Assembly: GCA_963800795.1 (NCBI GenBank)
Contig: CAWDCJ010000001.1
Span: forward strand, 280,855 to 344,854
Direction of reading: 5' to 3'
Length of the DNA: 64,000 bases
Origin: an uncultured Chloroflexia bacterium
GTDB lineage: Bacteria > Chloroflexota > Limnocylindria > Limnocylindrales > CSP1-4
Both the position numbers and the translations under genes were made by a program. The notes beneath the pieces are model-generated. The model searched no databases and was not told where the DNA came from. It worked only from the letters and a program-made list of their open reading frames with translations. Of the stretch, positions 51,961-63,966 are shown piece after piece (within the stretch, counting starts at the first letter, position 1; each line of letters begins with the position of its first letter).

Positions 51961-52983
51961 CCGTCGATCTGCGCACCCGCTACCTCGGCCTCGACCTGCG
52001 CTCGCCGATCGTCGCCTCGCCGTCGCCGCTCACGGGCGAGCTCGCCTCCGCCCGCCTGCTCGAGCAGGCGGGCGCAGCGGCGATCGTCCTTCCGTCGCTC
52101 TTCGAGGAGGAGATCGTCTTCGAAGAGCTGGAGATCAACCGGTCGCTGGAGGCCGGCACGGATAGCTTCGCCGAGGCGCTGGACTACTTCCCGGCCATCC
52201 AGTCGTTCGCCGGTGTGGGGGACCGCTACCTGGCCCGGCTTCGGCAGATCAAGGCGCAGGTCCGGCATCCCGGTGATCGCCAGCCTCAACGCCACGACCC
52301 AGGGTGGCTGGGTCCGCTACGCGAAGCTGATGCAGGATGCCGGCGCCGATGCGCTCGAGCTCAACCTGTACCACGTGGCCGCGGATCCAGGCCGGACCGC
52401 CGCCGACGTCGAGGCCGTCGACCTCGCGCTGATCGGGGCGGTCCGCTCGTCCGTCACCATCCCGGTGGCGGTCAAGCTCAGTCCCTACTACTCGTCGATG
52501 GCGAACGTCGCGCGCCACGCCGTGGATGCAGGGGCCGACGGGCTCGTCCTGTTCAACCGCTTCTATCAACCCGACCTGGACCTCGACACCCTCGATGTGG
52601 TGGCCCGGCTCGAGCTGAGCCAGGCCTGGGAGCTTCGTCTCCCGCTCCGCTGGATCGCGATCCTGCGACCCGAGCTCGGCCCGGACGTGTCGCTCGCCGC
52701 CACCTCAGGCATCGGCTCCGCGACCGACGTGGTCAAGGCCCTGATGGTTGGGGCCGATGTGGCGATGATGACCTCGGCGATCCTCCGGAATGGCCCCGAC
52801 AAGATCCGCACGGTCGAGGCGAGCCTGCGCGCCTGGATGGTCGAGCACGAGTACGAGTCGGTCAGCCAGCTCCGCGGCAGCGCGAGCTCGGCCTCGGTGG
52901 AGGACCCCTCCGCCTACGAGCGCGCCAACTACATGCGGACGCTCCGCTCGTGGTCCGCCTCGCGCGACCTGACCACCGCCTGA
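51957..52983 (+). pseudogene. dihydroorotate dehydrogenase-like (class 1 DHOD fold) protein downstream of PFOR, one frame change
   Basis: GTG 51957 (GTGA overlap): VTVDLRTRYLGLDLRSPIVASPSPLTG... in the frame of ORF 49098..53093. A switch near 52258-52264 leads into ORF 52213..52983 (IPVIASLNATT..LELNLY..PVAVKLSPY..LVLFNR..LAATSGI). Confidence 0.8.
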
Positions 52984-53140
52984 GAGCCGGCGGCGGGGCA
53001 AGGTTCCCGTCGCCGGGCGAAGACACGTCGAGTGGCCGCCGGGCTTGCGCCCAGCGGCCACTCGTTCGCTGTTCGCGGCGCCGGACTGCCTGAGCGGGAC
53101 CCCTCGGGCGCCGGTCAGCCGGCCCCGGTCGGTCGCCGGC

Positions 53141-53704
53141 TCAGCGCGTTCCTCGGTCGTGTTCGCGGCCCGGCCGAACGCGAGACCGCCCTCGAAGACC
53201 GCGAGATCCGCCTGCCAGTGCGTCCGCGTGCTTGCGCCCCAGGATCTCCCGGAGCGCGGCGGTCACGGCATCGGGGCCGACCAGGCCGGTCCGCCCGATC
53301 AGGGCGCCGAGCGCGGCGACGCTGACCAGCCGATCGTCGCCGGCCTCGCGGGCCAGGCGGGTGCACGGGACGCGCAGCTCGTCGATGTCCACGCGGCCGG
53401 ACTCGGCCTCCACGAGCGTGGCGTTCACGACGAGCGTGCCGCCCGGGGCGACCAGCGGTCCGAACTTGGCAAGCGAGGGCGGGTTCAGCACGACCGCAGC
53501 CCAGGCGGCATCCACGACCGGGGAGCCGATGGGCTCGTCGCCGACGATGACCGTGCAGGCTGCCGTGCCGCCTCGCATCTCCGGTCCGTAGGTGGGGATC
53601 CAGAGGACCTCGCGGTCCTCGTTCATGGCCGCCCGCGCCAGGACCTGGCCTGCGAAGAGCAGCCCCTGACCGCCGAAGCCGGCGAAGATCACCGAGCGTT
53701 CCAT
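53141..53704 (-). CDS. 2-oxoacid:ferredoxin oxidoreductase gamma subunit (C-terminus possibly frame-shifted near 53210)
   Basis: 187-aa ORF. FAGFGGQGLLFAGQVLA...PTYGPEMRGG. The last ~30 aa are Arg/Gly-rich, whereas an alternative frame reads HWQADLAVFEGGLAFGRAA, which looks more native. Confidence 0.8.
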   Translation of the reverse strand: MERSVIFAGFGGQGLLFAGQVLARAAMNEDREVLWIPTYGPEMRGGTAACTVIVGDEPIGSPVVDAAWAAVVLNPPSLAKFGPLVAPGGTLVVNATLVEAESGRVDIDELRVPCTRLAREAGDDRLVSVAALGALIGRTGLVGPDAVTAALREILGRKHADALAGGSRGLRGRSRVRPGREHDRGTR

Positions 53705-53707
53705 CGG

Positions 53708-54478
53708 TCAGCCCTCCTGCGTGCGGTCGACGATGACGCCGGGGCGATACTGCTTCGCCACCACGTCACGGAGCCGCTCGATCGACTCGGTGGGCGTCAT
53801 GCCCCAGCCGACCGGACAGTTGCTGATGACCTCGACGATCGCGAACCCCCGGCCCTCGAGCTGGACCTCGCAGGCACGGCGCAGGTACTGCTTCGTCCGT
53901 CCGATCGCCGGCGCATCGGCGACCGAGCCGCGCGCCGCATAGGCGACCCCCGGCATGATTGCCAGCATCTCGGTCATCGGGATCGGGTAGCCGTGGAACG
54001 AGGCCTCGCGCCCACCGGGCGACGATGTCGAGCGCTGCCCAAGGAGCGTGGTGGGGGCCATCTGCCCCCCGGTCATCCCGTAGATCCCGTTGTTGACGAA
54101 GACCGCGGTCAGCAGCTCGCCACGGCCCGCCGCATGGATGATCTCGGCGGTGCCGATCGCGGCCAGGTCGCCGTCGCCCTGGTAGGTGAGCACGAAGGCC
54201 TCCGGGCGGACGCGCCGGATGCCGGTCGCGACCGCGGGCGCGCGGCCGTGCGGAGCCTCGACGAAGTCGACGCCGATGTAGTCGTAGGCGAAGACGGCGC
54301 ACCCGACCGGGGCCACGGCAATCGTCCTGGAGCCCAGCCCGAGCTCGCCCAGCACCTCCGCGATCAGCCGGTGGACGACCCCGTGACCACAGCCGGGGCA
54401 ATAGTGCGTGCTCCGATCGGTCAGCAGCTCCGGCCGATCGAAGATGACGCGAGCGCCCGCCGGGGCATCGGTCGTCAT
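53708..54478 (-). CDS. korB: 2-oxoacid:ferredoxin oxidoreductase beta subunit (TPP-binding)
   Basis: ATG 54478 within ORF 53708..55801. CPGCGHG, GDGDLAAIG, FVNNGIYGMTGGQ. Confidence 0.9.
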   Translation of the reverse strand: MTTDAPAGARVIFDRPELLTDRSTHYCPGCGHGVVHRLIAEVLGELGLGSRTIAVAPVGCAVFAYDYIGVDFVEAPHGRAPAVATGIRRVRPEAFVLTYQGDGDLAAIGTAEIIHAAGRGELLTAVFVNNGIYGMTGGQMAPTTLLGQRSTSSPGGREASFHGYPIPMTEMLAIMPGVAYAARGSVADAPAIGRTKQYLRRACEVQLEGRGFAIVEVISNCPVGWGMTPTESIERLRDVVAKQYRPGVIVDRTQEG

Positions 54479-55606
54479 GGCCGGACCTCCTTGGTCGTCC
54501 CGGCCGGCGTGGCGGTCGTCGCGTCGTCGAGGCGCCGCAGCGCCTCGACGACCTCTCCGGGTGTCGGGATCATGCCGCCGGTGCGCCCCTCGAACGCCAC
54601 CGGCGTTCGTCCCTCGACGGCGAGGCGGACGTCCTCCACCATCTGGCCGGCCGAGAGCTCGACGGTCAGGATGCCACGGGCGCGCGCGGCAACCTCCGCA
54701 AGCGCCGCGGACGGGAACGGCCAGAGCGTGATCGGGCGGAAGAGACCCGACCCGCAGCCCTTCGGCGCGTGCGCGGGCGATCGCCGTTCGCGCGACGCGC
54801 GCGGCCGTCCCGTAGGCCACGATCACGAGATCCGCGCCCTCGAGGTTCTCGCCGGCCCAGCGGATCTCGCGCGCGGCGATCTCCGCGAACTTGGCCTGGA
54901 GATGCCGGTTGTGCTGCTCGAGGTCTTCCGGTTCGAGGTGCATCGACTTGACGACCCGGGGCCGGCGGCCGTCTGCACCACGCACGGCCCAGCCGTCCGC
55001 GGCCCGCGCCGGCTCGCGGAAATGGAGCTCCACCGGTTCCATCGCCTGGCCCAGCGTGCCGTCGGCGAGGATGAAGACGGGCGTGCGATAGCGCTCTGCG
55101 AGCTCGAAGGCGTCCGCCATGAGGGCCATGGCCTCGCCGATCGAGGACGGCGCGAGAACCGGAACGCGGTAATCGCCGTGGCCATGCCCCTTGGTGGCCT
55201 GGAAGTAGTCCGCCTGGCTTGGCCCGATGCCGCCCAGGCCCGGCCCACCGCGCATGACGTTGACGAGGACCATCGGGATCTCTGCGCCGGCCATGTAGCT
55301 CATCGCCTCGGCCATCAGGCTGATCCCGGGAGACGAGGACGAGACGAGCACGCGGGCACCGGTCGCGGCCGCCCCGAGCGCCATGTTGATCGCGCCGAGC
55401 TCGGACTCGGCCTGGACGAACGGTCGGCCCTCCTCGGGCATCCGGCGGGCCATCCACTCCAGGAGCTCGGCCTGGGGGGTGATCGGGTAGCCGAAGTACG
55501 CGTCGCAGCCGGCCCGGATGGCCGCCTCGGCCATCGCCTCGTTGCCCTTCATGAGCACGCGGTGGCCGTGGTGGAGCGTTCCCGGCGGGAACGTGGCAGT
55601 CGTCAT
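54475..55606 (-). pseudogene. korA: 2-oxoacid:ferredoxin oxidoreductase alpha subunit, one frame change
   Basis: ATG 55606 (MTTATFPPG..LMKGNEAMAEAAIRAGCDAYFGYPITPQAE). After about 54745 the native-looking sequence (LFRPITLWPFPSAAL...GGMIPTPGEVVEAL) is in another frame that ends in an ATGA overlap with korB. Confidence 0.9.
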
Positions 55607-55917
55607 CGCGGGGTCTCCCGGAGCGGCTTCGGTGCCGCGAAGACGGTGAAGACACAATCCGGGCAGACCCGCGCGCAGAGTGCGCAGCTCGTGCAGGCGG
55701 CCGGGTCGACGAGCCGGATGGGGTGGTAGCCGAGGACGTTCACGCGCGTCTCGTCGAGGGCCAGCGCGCCCTTCGCGCACGCCGCGATGCAGAGGCTGCA
55801 CCCCTTGCAGCGATCAGTTGCGATGTGAAGTGGGCTCCAGGTCCCGGGCGCGGGGCCGGCGGGGGCCGGCAACTCCGCGCCCGGTAACGCGAGGGAGTCC
55901 TGTGCCACGGCGATCAT
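55603..55917 (-). CDS. 4Fe-4S ferredoxin-type delta subunit of the 2-oxoacid:ferredoxin oxidoreductase
   Basis: ATG 55917 after AGGAGG within ORF 55603..56058. CKGCSLCIAAC and CTSCALCARVCP cluster motifs. ATGA overlap with korA. Confidence 0.85.
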   Translation of the reverse strand: MIAVAQDSLALPGAELPAPAGPAPGTWSPLHIATDRCKGCSLCIAACAKGALALDETRVNVLGYHPIRLVDPAACTSCALCARVCPDCVFTVFAAPKPLRETPR

Positions 55918-55996
55918 CCCGGTGGAACCTCCTGCCTGAGTCTGTGACCTCGAGCCTCCGCCAGTACCCGATCGGCGGGCTAGGGCCGAAGGGTTG

Positions 55997-56009
55997 CGAT
56001 ACGGTATCG
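55997..56009. promoter_or_regulatory. palindrome CGATAC-G-GTATCG upstream of the kor operon
   Basis: Read directly, about 80-90 nt upstream of the delta-subunit start, in a locally less GC-rich stretch. No known operator assigned. Confidence 0.25.
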
Positions 56010-56054
56010 AAACGGCCCCATCGCCGCCTATCGGGACGGGGGCCAGAAGACCCG

Positions 56055-56546
56055 TCAACCGGTCTCGCCTGCCGCGGTCCCGCGGCGCTCCGGGGCGGTG
56101 CCCGCGGCAGCGCGCAGCCGCGCCTGGAGCTGCCGCTCGGTCAGCCGGCCCGCCGGGCGCGACTCGATGGAACGCGTGCGACGGGCCCGCAGGTCCGTGG
56201 CCCGGATCTCGCCGGCGAGCCGCTCCCGCACGGGACCCGGGCCAATGAGGATCACCCGGTCGTCCGGAGGGATCCTGGCTGCCACCGCGCGGACGAACGC
56301 ATCCAGGAGATGCTCCCGGCGCCGGTCCAGGCGGTCATCCGGGATGCCACCCCCGCCGGGCCGCCGCGGATCGTGGCTCACCTGGCTGGTGGCGCGATGG
56401 CGCGACGGGACGTCGGAGCGTAGCCGCTCCGGGACCGGGTCGACGGGAGGATCGCCGCTCCCGGGCCAGCGGAAGAGGATGGCCTCCTCCGCGTCGAGCC
56501 AGGCGAGGGTGACCGGGCGTGCAGCGTGCTCGCCATGGAGGGGCAT
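56055..56546 (-). CDS. hypothetical protein, possibly host-attachment / bacterial eRF1-like (baeRF) family
   Basis: Only the 3' 492 nt of the 952-aa ORF 56055..58913 look genuine. ATG 56546 is preceded by GAGGAGG. Contains LAWLDAEEAILFRW ... DRRREHLLDAFVRAVAARIPPDDRVILIGPGPVRERLAGEI. The family call is tentative. Confidence 0.5.
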   Translation of the reverse strand: MPLHGEHAARPVTLAWLDAEEAILFRWPGSGDPPVDPVPERLRSDVPSRHRATSQVSHDPRRPGGGGIPDDRLDRRREHLLDAFVRAVAARIPPDDRVILIGPGPVRERLAGEIRATDLRARRTRSIESRPAGRLTERQLQARLRAAAGTAPERRGTAAGETG

Positions 56547-56810
56547 CGGGTCGCCTCCTCGAGAGCCGCGAGGCCACATCGACGCGGGGTCCCGCGTGCG
56601 GCCCCAGCATGCTTCCCGGCCGCCCATGGGACCAGAGCCGGCCGTCACGAACACGCGCCCGCCATCGCGCCACCCGATGGCTGCCGTTCCGGGGACCTTC
56701 GGCACGTCCGCCGGTCGCGCGAACCGGGCCATCCTATGCGCATGGACGCACCCGTCAGGGATCGACGCGAAGGCGCCCGCGCGCCATCCGGCGACCGGGC
56801 GGGACGGCGC

Positions 56811-59198
56811 GTGGCCCGGAGTCTCATCGTCGAGGGCGTCGTCCAGGGCGTCGGGTTTCGGCCGTTTGTGTGGCGCCTGGCGACCGAGCTCGGCCTGGCG
56901 GGCCGCGTTCGCAATGCCGCAGGCCAGGTGGAGATCGATGTCACCGGGACGAGCGCGGCCCTTGGCGCCTTCGCCCGGCGCCTCCGGGCGGACGCCCCAC
57001 CCCGGGCCCGCGTCGAGCGCGTGACGGTGCGGGTGCTGGACCCCCGCGCCGCGGCGGACCGTTCGGCCACGTTCGTGATCGAGGCGAGCCACAGTGCCGC
57101 AGCCTCGGACCGGCTCTTCCCGCCGGATATCGCGACGTGCGACGACTGCCTCGCGGAGGTCGCTGACCCGGCCGACCGGCGCTACCGCTACCCGTTCACG
57201 AACTGCACGAACTGCGGGCCCCGGGCGACGATCATCGACGAGCTGCCGTACGACCGCGCCCAGACCACGATGCGCGCGTTCCCGCTCTGCGAGGCCTGCG
57301 CCACCGAGTACGCGGACCCGGGCAACCGCCGCTTCCACGCCGAGCCGGTGGCCTGCCCACGCTGCGGGCCACGGCTCGCCTATCGCAGGACCGAGGCGCC
57401 GGCACCGGAGGCGCACGAGGAGGCGGCCCTGGCGGCCGCCTCGGCGGACCTCCGGGCAGGGAGAATCGTCGCGGTCAAGGGCCTCGGCGGCTACCACCTC
57501 GCCTGCGATGCGACGGACCCGGTCGCCGTCGCACGCCTGCGTGACCGGAAGCGCCGCTGGGCAAAGCCGCTCGCCGTCATGGTCCGTGACCTGGCCGCAG
57601 CTCGCGCCCTGTGCCACGTGACGGCCACCGAGGCCGCGCTGTTGGCGGGCTCGGCCCGCCCCATCGTGCTGCTCGTAGCGCGCCGCCGCGGCACGCCGGC
57701 CCTGGCGCCATCCGTGGCGGCCGGGAATCGACGGCTCGGGCTCTTCCTGCCCTACACCCCGCTCCATCATCTCCTCCTCGAGGCCGTCGGCCGGCCGCTC
57801 GTGCTCACCTCGGGCAACCTGTCCGACGAGCCGCTGGCCACGGATGACGCCGATGCGGCGGCGCGCCTGGCTGGCCTCGCGGACTCGTTTTTGACGCACG
57901 ATCGCGAGATCCGGGCTCGCTACGACGACTCGGTGACCCGGGTCGTTGCGGGCCGCGAGTCGCTGGTCCGGCGCGCGCGCGGCTACGCCCCGGAAGCGCT
58001 GCTGCTGCCCGTCGCTGCGCCGCGTTCCATCCTGGCCGTGGGAGCGGAGCTGAAGCACACGTTCACGCTCGCCCGGGGCGCTCGGGCGCATGTGGCGCCC
58101 CACAACGGGGACCTCGAAGACCTCGCCACCCACCGCGCCTTCACCGACGGGCTCGCCCACCTGTCGCGTCTGCTGGCGCTGGAGCCGGAGGTCGTGGCGC
58201 ACGATCGCCACCCGGAGTACCTCTCCACGAAGTACGCCCTGGCCCGGTTCTCCGCGGAGCGCCGGATCGCCGTCCAGCACCACCACGCCCACGTCGCCTC
58301 GTGCGCCGCCGAGCACGGCATCACCACGCCGTTCATCGGGGTCGCCTATGACGGGCTGGGGATGGGCGATGACGGGACGCTGTGGGGCGGCGAGCTCCTC
58401 GTCGCCGACCTGGTCGGGTATCGCCGGGTCGCCCGCTTCGGGCGGGCCCCGCTGCCCGGCGGGGCGCTGGCCGTCAAGCGGCCCTACCGGATGGCGCTCG
58501 GCTACCTCCTTGGCGCCGAGGCGCTGAGCGACGGGGCTGGCGCGGGCGTCGCCGGGGCGCGGGGCCGCGACGGCGACCTCTCCGCCGAGCTGCTCGCACG
58601 ACTCGATCCGCGGGAGGTGGCCGTCGTCCGGACCCAGGTGGCGCGCGGCCTCAACGCTCCCCTGGCCTCGTCCGCCGGCAGGCTCTTCGACGCGGCCGCC
58701 AGCCTGCTCGGCCTGCGGGACGTGGCGGAATACGAGGCGCAGGCGGCGATCGACCTGGAGCTCGCGGCGGGTGACCGGTCGGCCGCGCCGCTCCCGTATG
58801 CGCTGGAGCGCGTCGGAGGCCTGCTCGTCTACGACCCGCGCCCGACGCTCGCGGCGCTTCTCGAAGGCCGCGCCGCGGGACGACCCGTCGGGGCCCTCGC
58901 AGCGGCCTTTCACGAGACCATCGCGGAGATGACCCGTGAGCTCTGCGCAGACGCCGCTGCCTCCGCGGGGATCCGCACGATCTGCCTCTCCGGAGGCGTC
59001 TTCCAGAACCGCCGGCTCGCGGCTGCGCTGCTCCGGCGGCTGGCTGCGGACGGCTTCGACGTCTTCATCAACCGCCGCGTCCCGGTGAACGACGGCGGAA
59101 TCAGCTACGGTCAGGCGGCGATCGCCGCGGCCACGATGGCGGCCGCGTCGGCCGTGGGTTCCGGCGTCCCAGCCGGCCGTGCACCAGGAGGAAAGTAG
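56811..59198 (+). CDS. hypF: [NiFe]-hydrogenase maturation carbamoyltransferase HypF
   Basis: ORF 56526..59198. I favour GTG 56811 ([24 protein letters not shown], acylphosphatase domain); the alternatives are ATG 56736/56742. Zn-finger [12 protein letters not shown] / CEAC..CPRCGP, YrdC-like and Kae1-like regions. Confidence 0.9.
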   Translation: MARSLIVEGVVQGVGFRPFVWRLATELGLAGRVRNAAGQVEIDVTGTSAALGAFARRLRADAPPRARVERVTVRVLDPRAAADRSATFVIEASHSAAASDRLFPPDIATCDDCLAEVADPADRRYRYPFTNCTNCGPRATIIDELPYDRAQTTMRAFPLCEACATEYADPGNRRFHAEPVACPRCGPRLAYRRTEAPAPEAHEEAALAAASADLRAGRIVAVKGLGGYHLACDATDPVAVARLRDRKRRWAKPLAVMVRDLAAARALCHVTATEAALLAGSARPIVLLVARRRGTPALAPSVAAGNRRLGLFLPYTPLHHLLLEAVGRPLVLTSGNLSDEPLATDDADAAARLAGLADSFLTHDREIRARYDDSVTRVVAGRESLVRRARGYAPEALLLPVAAPRSILAVGAELKHTFTLARGARAHVAPHNGDLEDLATHRAFTDGLAHLSRLLALEPEVVAHDRHPEYLSTKYALARFSAERRIAVQHHHAHVASCAAEHGITTPFIGVAYDGLGMGDDGTLWGGELLVADLVGYRRVARFGRAPLPGGALAVKRPYRMALGYLLGAEALSDGAGAGVAGARGRDGDLSAELLARLDPREVAVVRTQVARGLNAPLASSAGRLFDAAASLLGLRDVAEYEAQAAIDLELAAGDRSAAPLPYALERVGGLLVYDPRPTLAALLEGRAAGRPVGALAAAFHETIAEMTRELCADAAASAGIRTICLSGGVFQNRRLAAALLRRLAADGFDVFINRRVPVNDGGISYGQAAIAAATMAAASAVGSGVPAGRAPGGK

Positions 59199-59203
59199 CA
59201 GCC

Positions 59204-59550
59204 ATGTGCCTCGGGATTCCCGGTCGGGTCGTCGAGATCCGCGACGACGGTGGCCTGCTCATGGGCAAGGTCGACTTCGGTGGCGTCCGCAAGGACGCCT
59301 GCCTTGCCTACATCCCGGAGATCCAGCTCGGCGACTACGTGATCATCCACGTCGGGTTCGCGATCTCCCGGGTGGACGAGGACGAGGCGCTCAAGACGCT
59401 CGAGATCCTGGCCGCGATGGGCGACCTCATGCAGACCGAGCTCGCCACCATGGGCCCCGGGATGGACGAGCCCGCGGTCGTCTCCGACGATGGCGCGCCC
59501 GCCGCCGGCGTCTTCGCCGCCCCGGTGACAGGAGCACCCGGGGGGCCCGC

Positions 59551-59554
<4 letters not shown>
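59204..59554 (+). CDS. hypC: hydrogenase maturation chaperone HypC/HupF family
   Basis: The N-terminus [12 protein letters not shown] is diagnostic. 116-aa ORF. Confidence 0.9.
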
Positions 59555-60729
<1,175 letters not shown>

Positions 60730-60733
<4 letters not shown>

Positions 60734-61857
60734 GCGGCGGCGCCGATCCTCGGCCGAACGTGGTGGCGCCGGCGGAGAACCGCAGCTCCGCCGCGGGCGG
60801 CGTCACCATCGACGCGAACGGGGTTGCCTGCCCCGCGCCGATCCCCGAGGACACGCGGGTCATCCTGGGCCACGGGTCCGGCGGCCAGCTTTCGGCCGTG
60901 CTCATGCGCGACGTCATCGGCCCGGCGCTGGCGGCCGCCGCGCCCGGGGGGCCGCTCAACGACGCCGCCGTCATCGAGATCGCCGGCGCCCGTCTCGCCT
61001 TCACGACCGACTCGTTCGTCGTCAGCCCGCTCGTGTTCCCGGGCGGCGACATCGGAGAGCTCGCGGTCAACGGCACCCTGAACGACCTGGCGATGATGGG
61101 CGCCCAGCCCGTCGCGATCTCGCTTGCCTACGTCATCGAGGAGGGCCTGCCGTTCGAGGAGCTGCGGGCGATCACCGCGTCGGCGGCGCGCGCGGCGGCG
61201 CGGGCAGGGACGCGCATCGTGACCGGCGACACCAAGGTGGTGGGCCGTGGAGCCGCGGACCGGCTGTTCGTGAACACGGCCGGGATCGGGCTGATCGGCG
61301 ACGGCGTGGCGCCCGCGGCGGACCGCGCGACCGCCGGCGACGCGATCATCCTGTCCGGTCCCATCGGCCTCCACGGCGTGGCGATCATGAGCGTCCGCGA
61401 GGGCCTCGAGTTCGAGGTCGAGATCGCGTCCGACACGCAGGCGCTCAACGGCCTGGTCGCCGCCATGCTGCAGGTCGAACCCGACCTCCACGTCCTCCGG
61501 GATCCCACGCGGGGAGGCCTGGCCTCCGCGCTCAACGAGATCGCGATGACCTCCGGCGTCGGCATGGTGCTCGACGAGCCGGCGATCCCGGTCCCCGGCC
61601 CCGTGCGGGCGGCCTGCGAGATGCTGGGCCTGGACCCGTACCACGTTGCCAACGAGGGCAAGCTCGTGGCGATCGTGCCGGCTGCTTCTGCGGCGGCGCT
61701 GGTGACGGCGATGCGGGCGCTCCCCGAGGGCGCCGGCGCAGCGGTCATCGGCACGGTCGTCGCCGATCACCCTGGGATGGTCACGCTTCGCACGATCGTC
61801 GGGAGCGAGCGGATCGTGGACATGCTGGTGGGGGAGCAGCTGCCCCGTATCTGCTGA
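60730..61857 (+). CDS. hypE: hydrogenase maturation protein HypE
   Basis: ATG 60730 (ATGA overlap) in ORF 60553..61857. LGHGSGG, GDTKV, C-terminal PRIC motif. Confidence 0.9.
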
Positions 61858-61886
61858 CCGGGCGCAGCGGAGGCCGTCGCGTCCAG

Positions 61887-61908
61887 CCCCCTGCCGACCG
61901 GCAGGGGG
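61887..61908 (+). terminator. GC-rich hairpin CCCCCTGCCG-ac-CGGCAGGGGG 30 nt after the hypE stop
   Basis: Read directly; no U-tract follows. Confidence 0.35.
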
Positions 61909-61983
61909 GAGGCCTGCCGGTCGGTCCTCCGAACGGGCCATCGGCACCTTATGCGCAGATGCGCATGGCTGGATGATCCGCGC

Positions 61984-62343
61984 ATGGACGCGATCTGGAG
62001 CCTCCAATCGGAAGTCATGAAGATCCTTGCGAGCCCCAGGCGCCTGGAGATCCTCCACCTGCTCGCGGACGAGCCGAAGGAGGTCGGCCGGCTGGCCGAG
62101 GAGATGGGGATCAGCCAGCCGAACGTCTCCCAGCACCTTGCGGTGATGCGCGCGGCCGGGATCGTGGAGGCGGAACGTGACGGACGGGAGGTCCGGTATC
62201 GACTGACCGACCCGGACGTGATTGCCGCCTGCAGCCTCATGCGGGGCGTCCTGATGCGCCGGCTGGCTCGCCTCGGGGAGCTGTCGGAAGCGTCGCAGCC
62301 GGCCGGCGAGCGAGCGCTTGCCGCCGCCTCGCGCGCCAGTTGA
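61984..62343 (+). CDS. ArsR/SmtB-family transcriptional regulator
   Basis: ATG 61984 within ORF 61951..62343. ILASPRRLEILHLLADEPKEVGRLAEEMGISQPNVSQHLAVMRAAGIV. Confidence 0.8.
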   Translation: MDAIWSLQSEVMKILASPRRLEILHLLADEPKEVGRLAEEMGISQPNVSQHLAVMRAAGIVEAERDGREVRYRLTDPDVIAACSLMRGVLMRRLARLGELSEASQPAGERALAAASRAS

Positions 62344-62344
62344 G

Positions 62345-62767
62345 GTGAGCTCGGTGGACGAACCGATCAACCTGGTGCTCTTCTCCGGCACGGAGGACAA
62401 GCTTCAGGCGGCGGCCGTGATGACGGCCGGGGCTGCCGCCCTCGGCCGGCGGGTCAACATCTTTCTCCAGTACTGGGCGCTCGACGCGTTCAGGAAGGAT
62501 CGGATCCAGGTCGGACGTGGGCTCAGCGCAGAAGCCGGCGAGAGCGGCGCCGCGCTGGTCGCGGCCGCCGCGCAGGCCGGCCAGGCGCCCTGGCACGAGA
62601 CCCTCCGCCAGGCGAAGGATCTCGGCGAGGTTGACATCCAGGCGTGCTCGCTCTCCATGGATGTCCTCAAGATCGAGGAGCGCGACCTCGACCCGCTCGT
62701 CGATGGGGTCGAGGGCGTGACGGCCTTCTACCTCAACGCGGGCGACGGCCACATCGTCTTCATCTAG
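62345..62767 (+). CDS. DsrE/DsrF/DrsH-like sulfur-relay family protein
   Basis: GTG 62345 within ORF 62318..62767. INLVLFSGTEDKL..A...A..A...G..V.IF..., with CSLSMDV near the C-terminus. Confidence 0.7.
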   Translation: MSSVDEPINLVLFSGTEDKLQAAAVMTAGAAALGRRVNIFLQYWALDAFRKDRIQVGRGLSAEAGESGAALVAAAAQAGQAPWHETLRQAKDLGEVDIQACSLSMDVLKIEERDLDPLVDGVEGVTAFYLNAGDGHIVFI

Positions 62768-62826
62768 GCGGAACACCGGCGCGGCCGCGTCGCGGCCAGG
62801 TCGCCGAGGAGCAGGAAGGGTTCGGA

Positions 62827-63060
62827 ATGCCACTCGATATCGCACAGCGGGTCGATGCCAAGGGCCTCGCGTGCCCGATGCCGATCGTCAAGACGGCCCA
62901 GGCCGTCAAGTCCATGGCCAGCGGGCAGCTCCTGGAGGTGCTCGCCACGGACGCGGGTTCGACCAAGGACTTCGCCGCCTGGTGCAAGACGACCGGCAAC
63001 GAGCTCGTCGAAAGCAGCGTCGAGGGCGGCGTCTACCGCTTCGTCCTCCGCCGGAAGTGA
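62827..63060 (+). CDS. TusA/SirA-like sulfurtransferase
   Basis: ATG 62827 within ORF 62644..63060. VDAKGLACPMPIVK motif. Confidence 0.85.
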   Translation: MPLDIAQRVDAKGLACPMPIVKTAQAVKSMASGQLLEVLATDAGSTKDFAAWCKTTGNELVESSVEGGVYRFVLRRK

Positions 63061-63071
63061 GGGACGTTCGG

Positions 63072-63635
63072 ATGACTGCAATCGCAGAACCGCCCATGCT
63101 CGTGACCGACGAGCCGAGCACGGCTCCTGAGCCGGCCCCCGTGGACGACGGCGCCACCAAGGCGAAGGACGTCCTGATCATCCTCTACAGCGGCGACCTC
63201 GAGAAGACATGGGCGGCCATGATCCTCGCCTCGACCAGCGCTGCCATGGGCGTCAAGACGCGCGTCTTCGTGACGTTCTGGGGCCTCCAGACGTTCGTCA
63301 AGGACTCCCGGCGGATCACGGGCCAGAACTGGATGCAGAAGATGCTGTCCTTCATGAAGCGACCCGGGATCAGCCATCGGAAGATGTCCACGATGAACTT
63401 CCTGGGCATGGGGCCCTGGATGATGTTCAGTCTGGCCAAGAAGTACAAGGCGGCCGGTCCAAAGGAACTGCTCGAGGCCGCCCAGGCGATGGGTGTCGAG
63501 TTCATCCCCTGCCAGATGACCCTGGACCTGTTCGGGATCACTCGAGACGACCTCATCGAGGGCATGGGCGAGCCGGTTGGTGCGGCCACGGTGATCGGCC
63601 TGATGACGGAAGGAAGCTCGCCGCTCTTCATCTGA
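63072..63635 (+). CDS. DsrE/DsrF/DrsH-like family protein
   Basis: ATG 63072 within ORF 62871..63635. VLIILYSGDLEKTWAAMILA...FIPCQMTLDLFG. Confidence 0.7.
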   Translation: MTAIAEPPMLVTDEPSTAPEPAPVDDGATKAKDVLIILYSGDLEKTWAAMILASTSAAMGVKTRVFVTFWGLQTFVKDSRRITGQNWMQKMLSFMKRPGISHRKMSTMNFLGMGPWMMFSLAKKYKAAGPKELLEAAQAMGVEFIPCQMTLDLFGITRDDLIEGMGEPVGAATVIGLMTEGSSPLFI

Positions 63636-63723
63636 TCCCGCCGGCGCGCGGGCACGACCCATGGCTGATCACGAGCCGGCCCGCGCGCCCGCACTCATTG
63701 CATCGGAACGAACGGAGTCCCGC

Positions 63724-63960
63724 ATGGCTGCGACCATCTCCCGAACCGTCGACGCCCGTGGCAGCTTCTGCCCCGGGCCGTTGATGGAGCTCATCCGCGC
63801 GATCAAGGAGTCCGACGTGGGCGACACGATCGCGGTCTGGTCGGCCGACAAGGGCAGCAAGGTCGACATCCCGAAGTGGATCGAGAAGGCCGGTCACACG
63901 CTGGTCGGCGTCGAGTCGAAGGACGGCTACGACGAGATCATCGTCACGAAGGCCCGGTAG
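63724..63960 (+). CDS. TusA-like sulfur carrier protein
   Basis: ATG 63724 within ORF 63661..63960. VDARGSFCPGPLMELIRAIK motif. Confidence 0.8.
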   Translation: MAATISRTVDARGSFCPGPLMELIRAIKESDVGDTIAVWSADKGSKVDIPKWIEKAGHTLVGVESKDGYDEIIVTKAR

Positions 63961-63966
63961 CACCCC

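Noticed and set aside
56547-58913. Upstream 2.4 kb of the 952-aa minus-strand ORF 56055..58913
   Set aside because: It is antisense to hypF and its sequence is low-complexity. Only the last 492 nt (56055-56546), which have their own RBS and ATG, look like a real gene.
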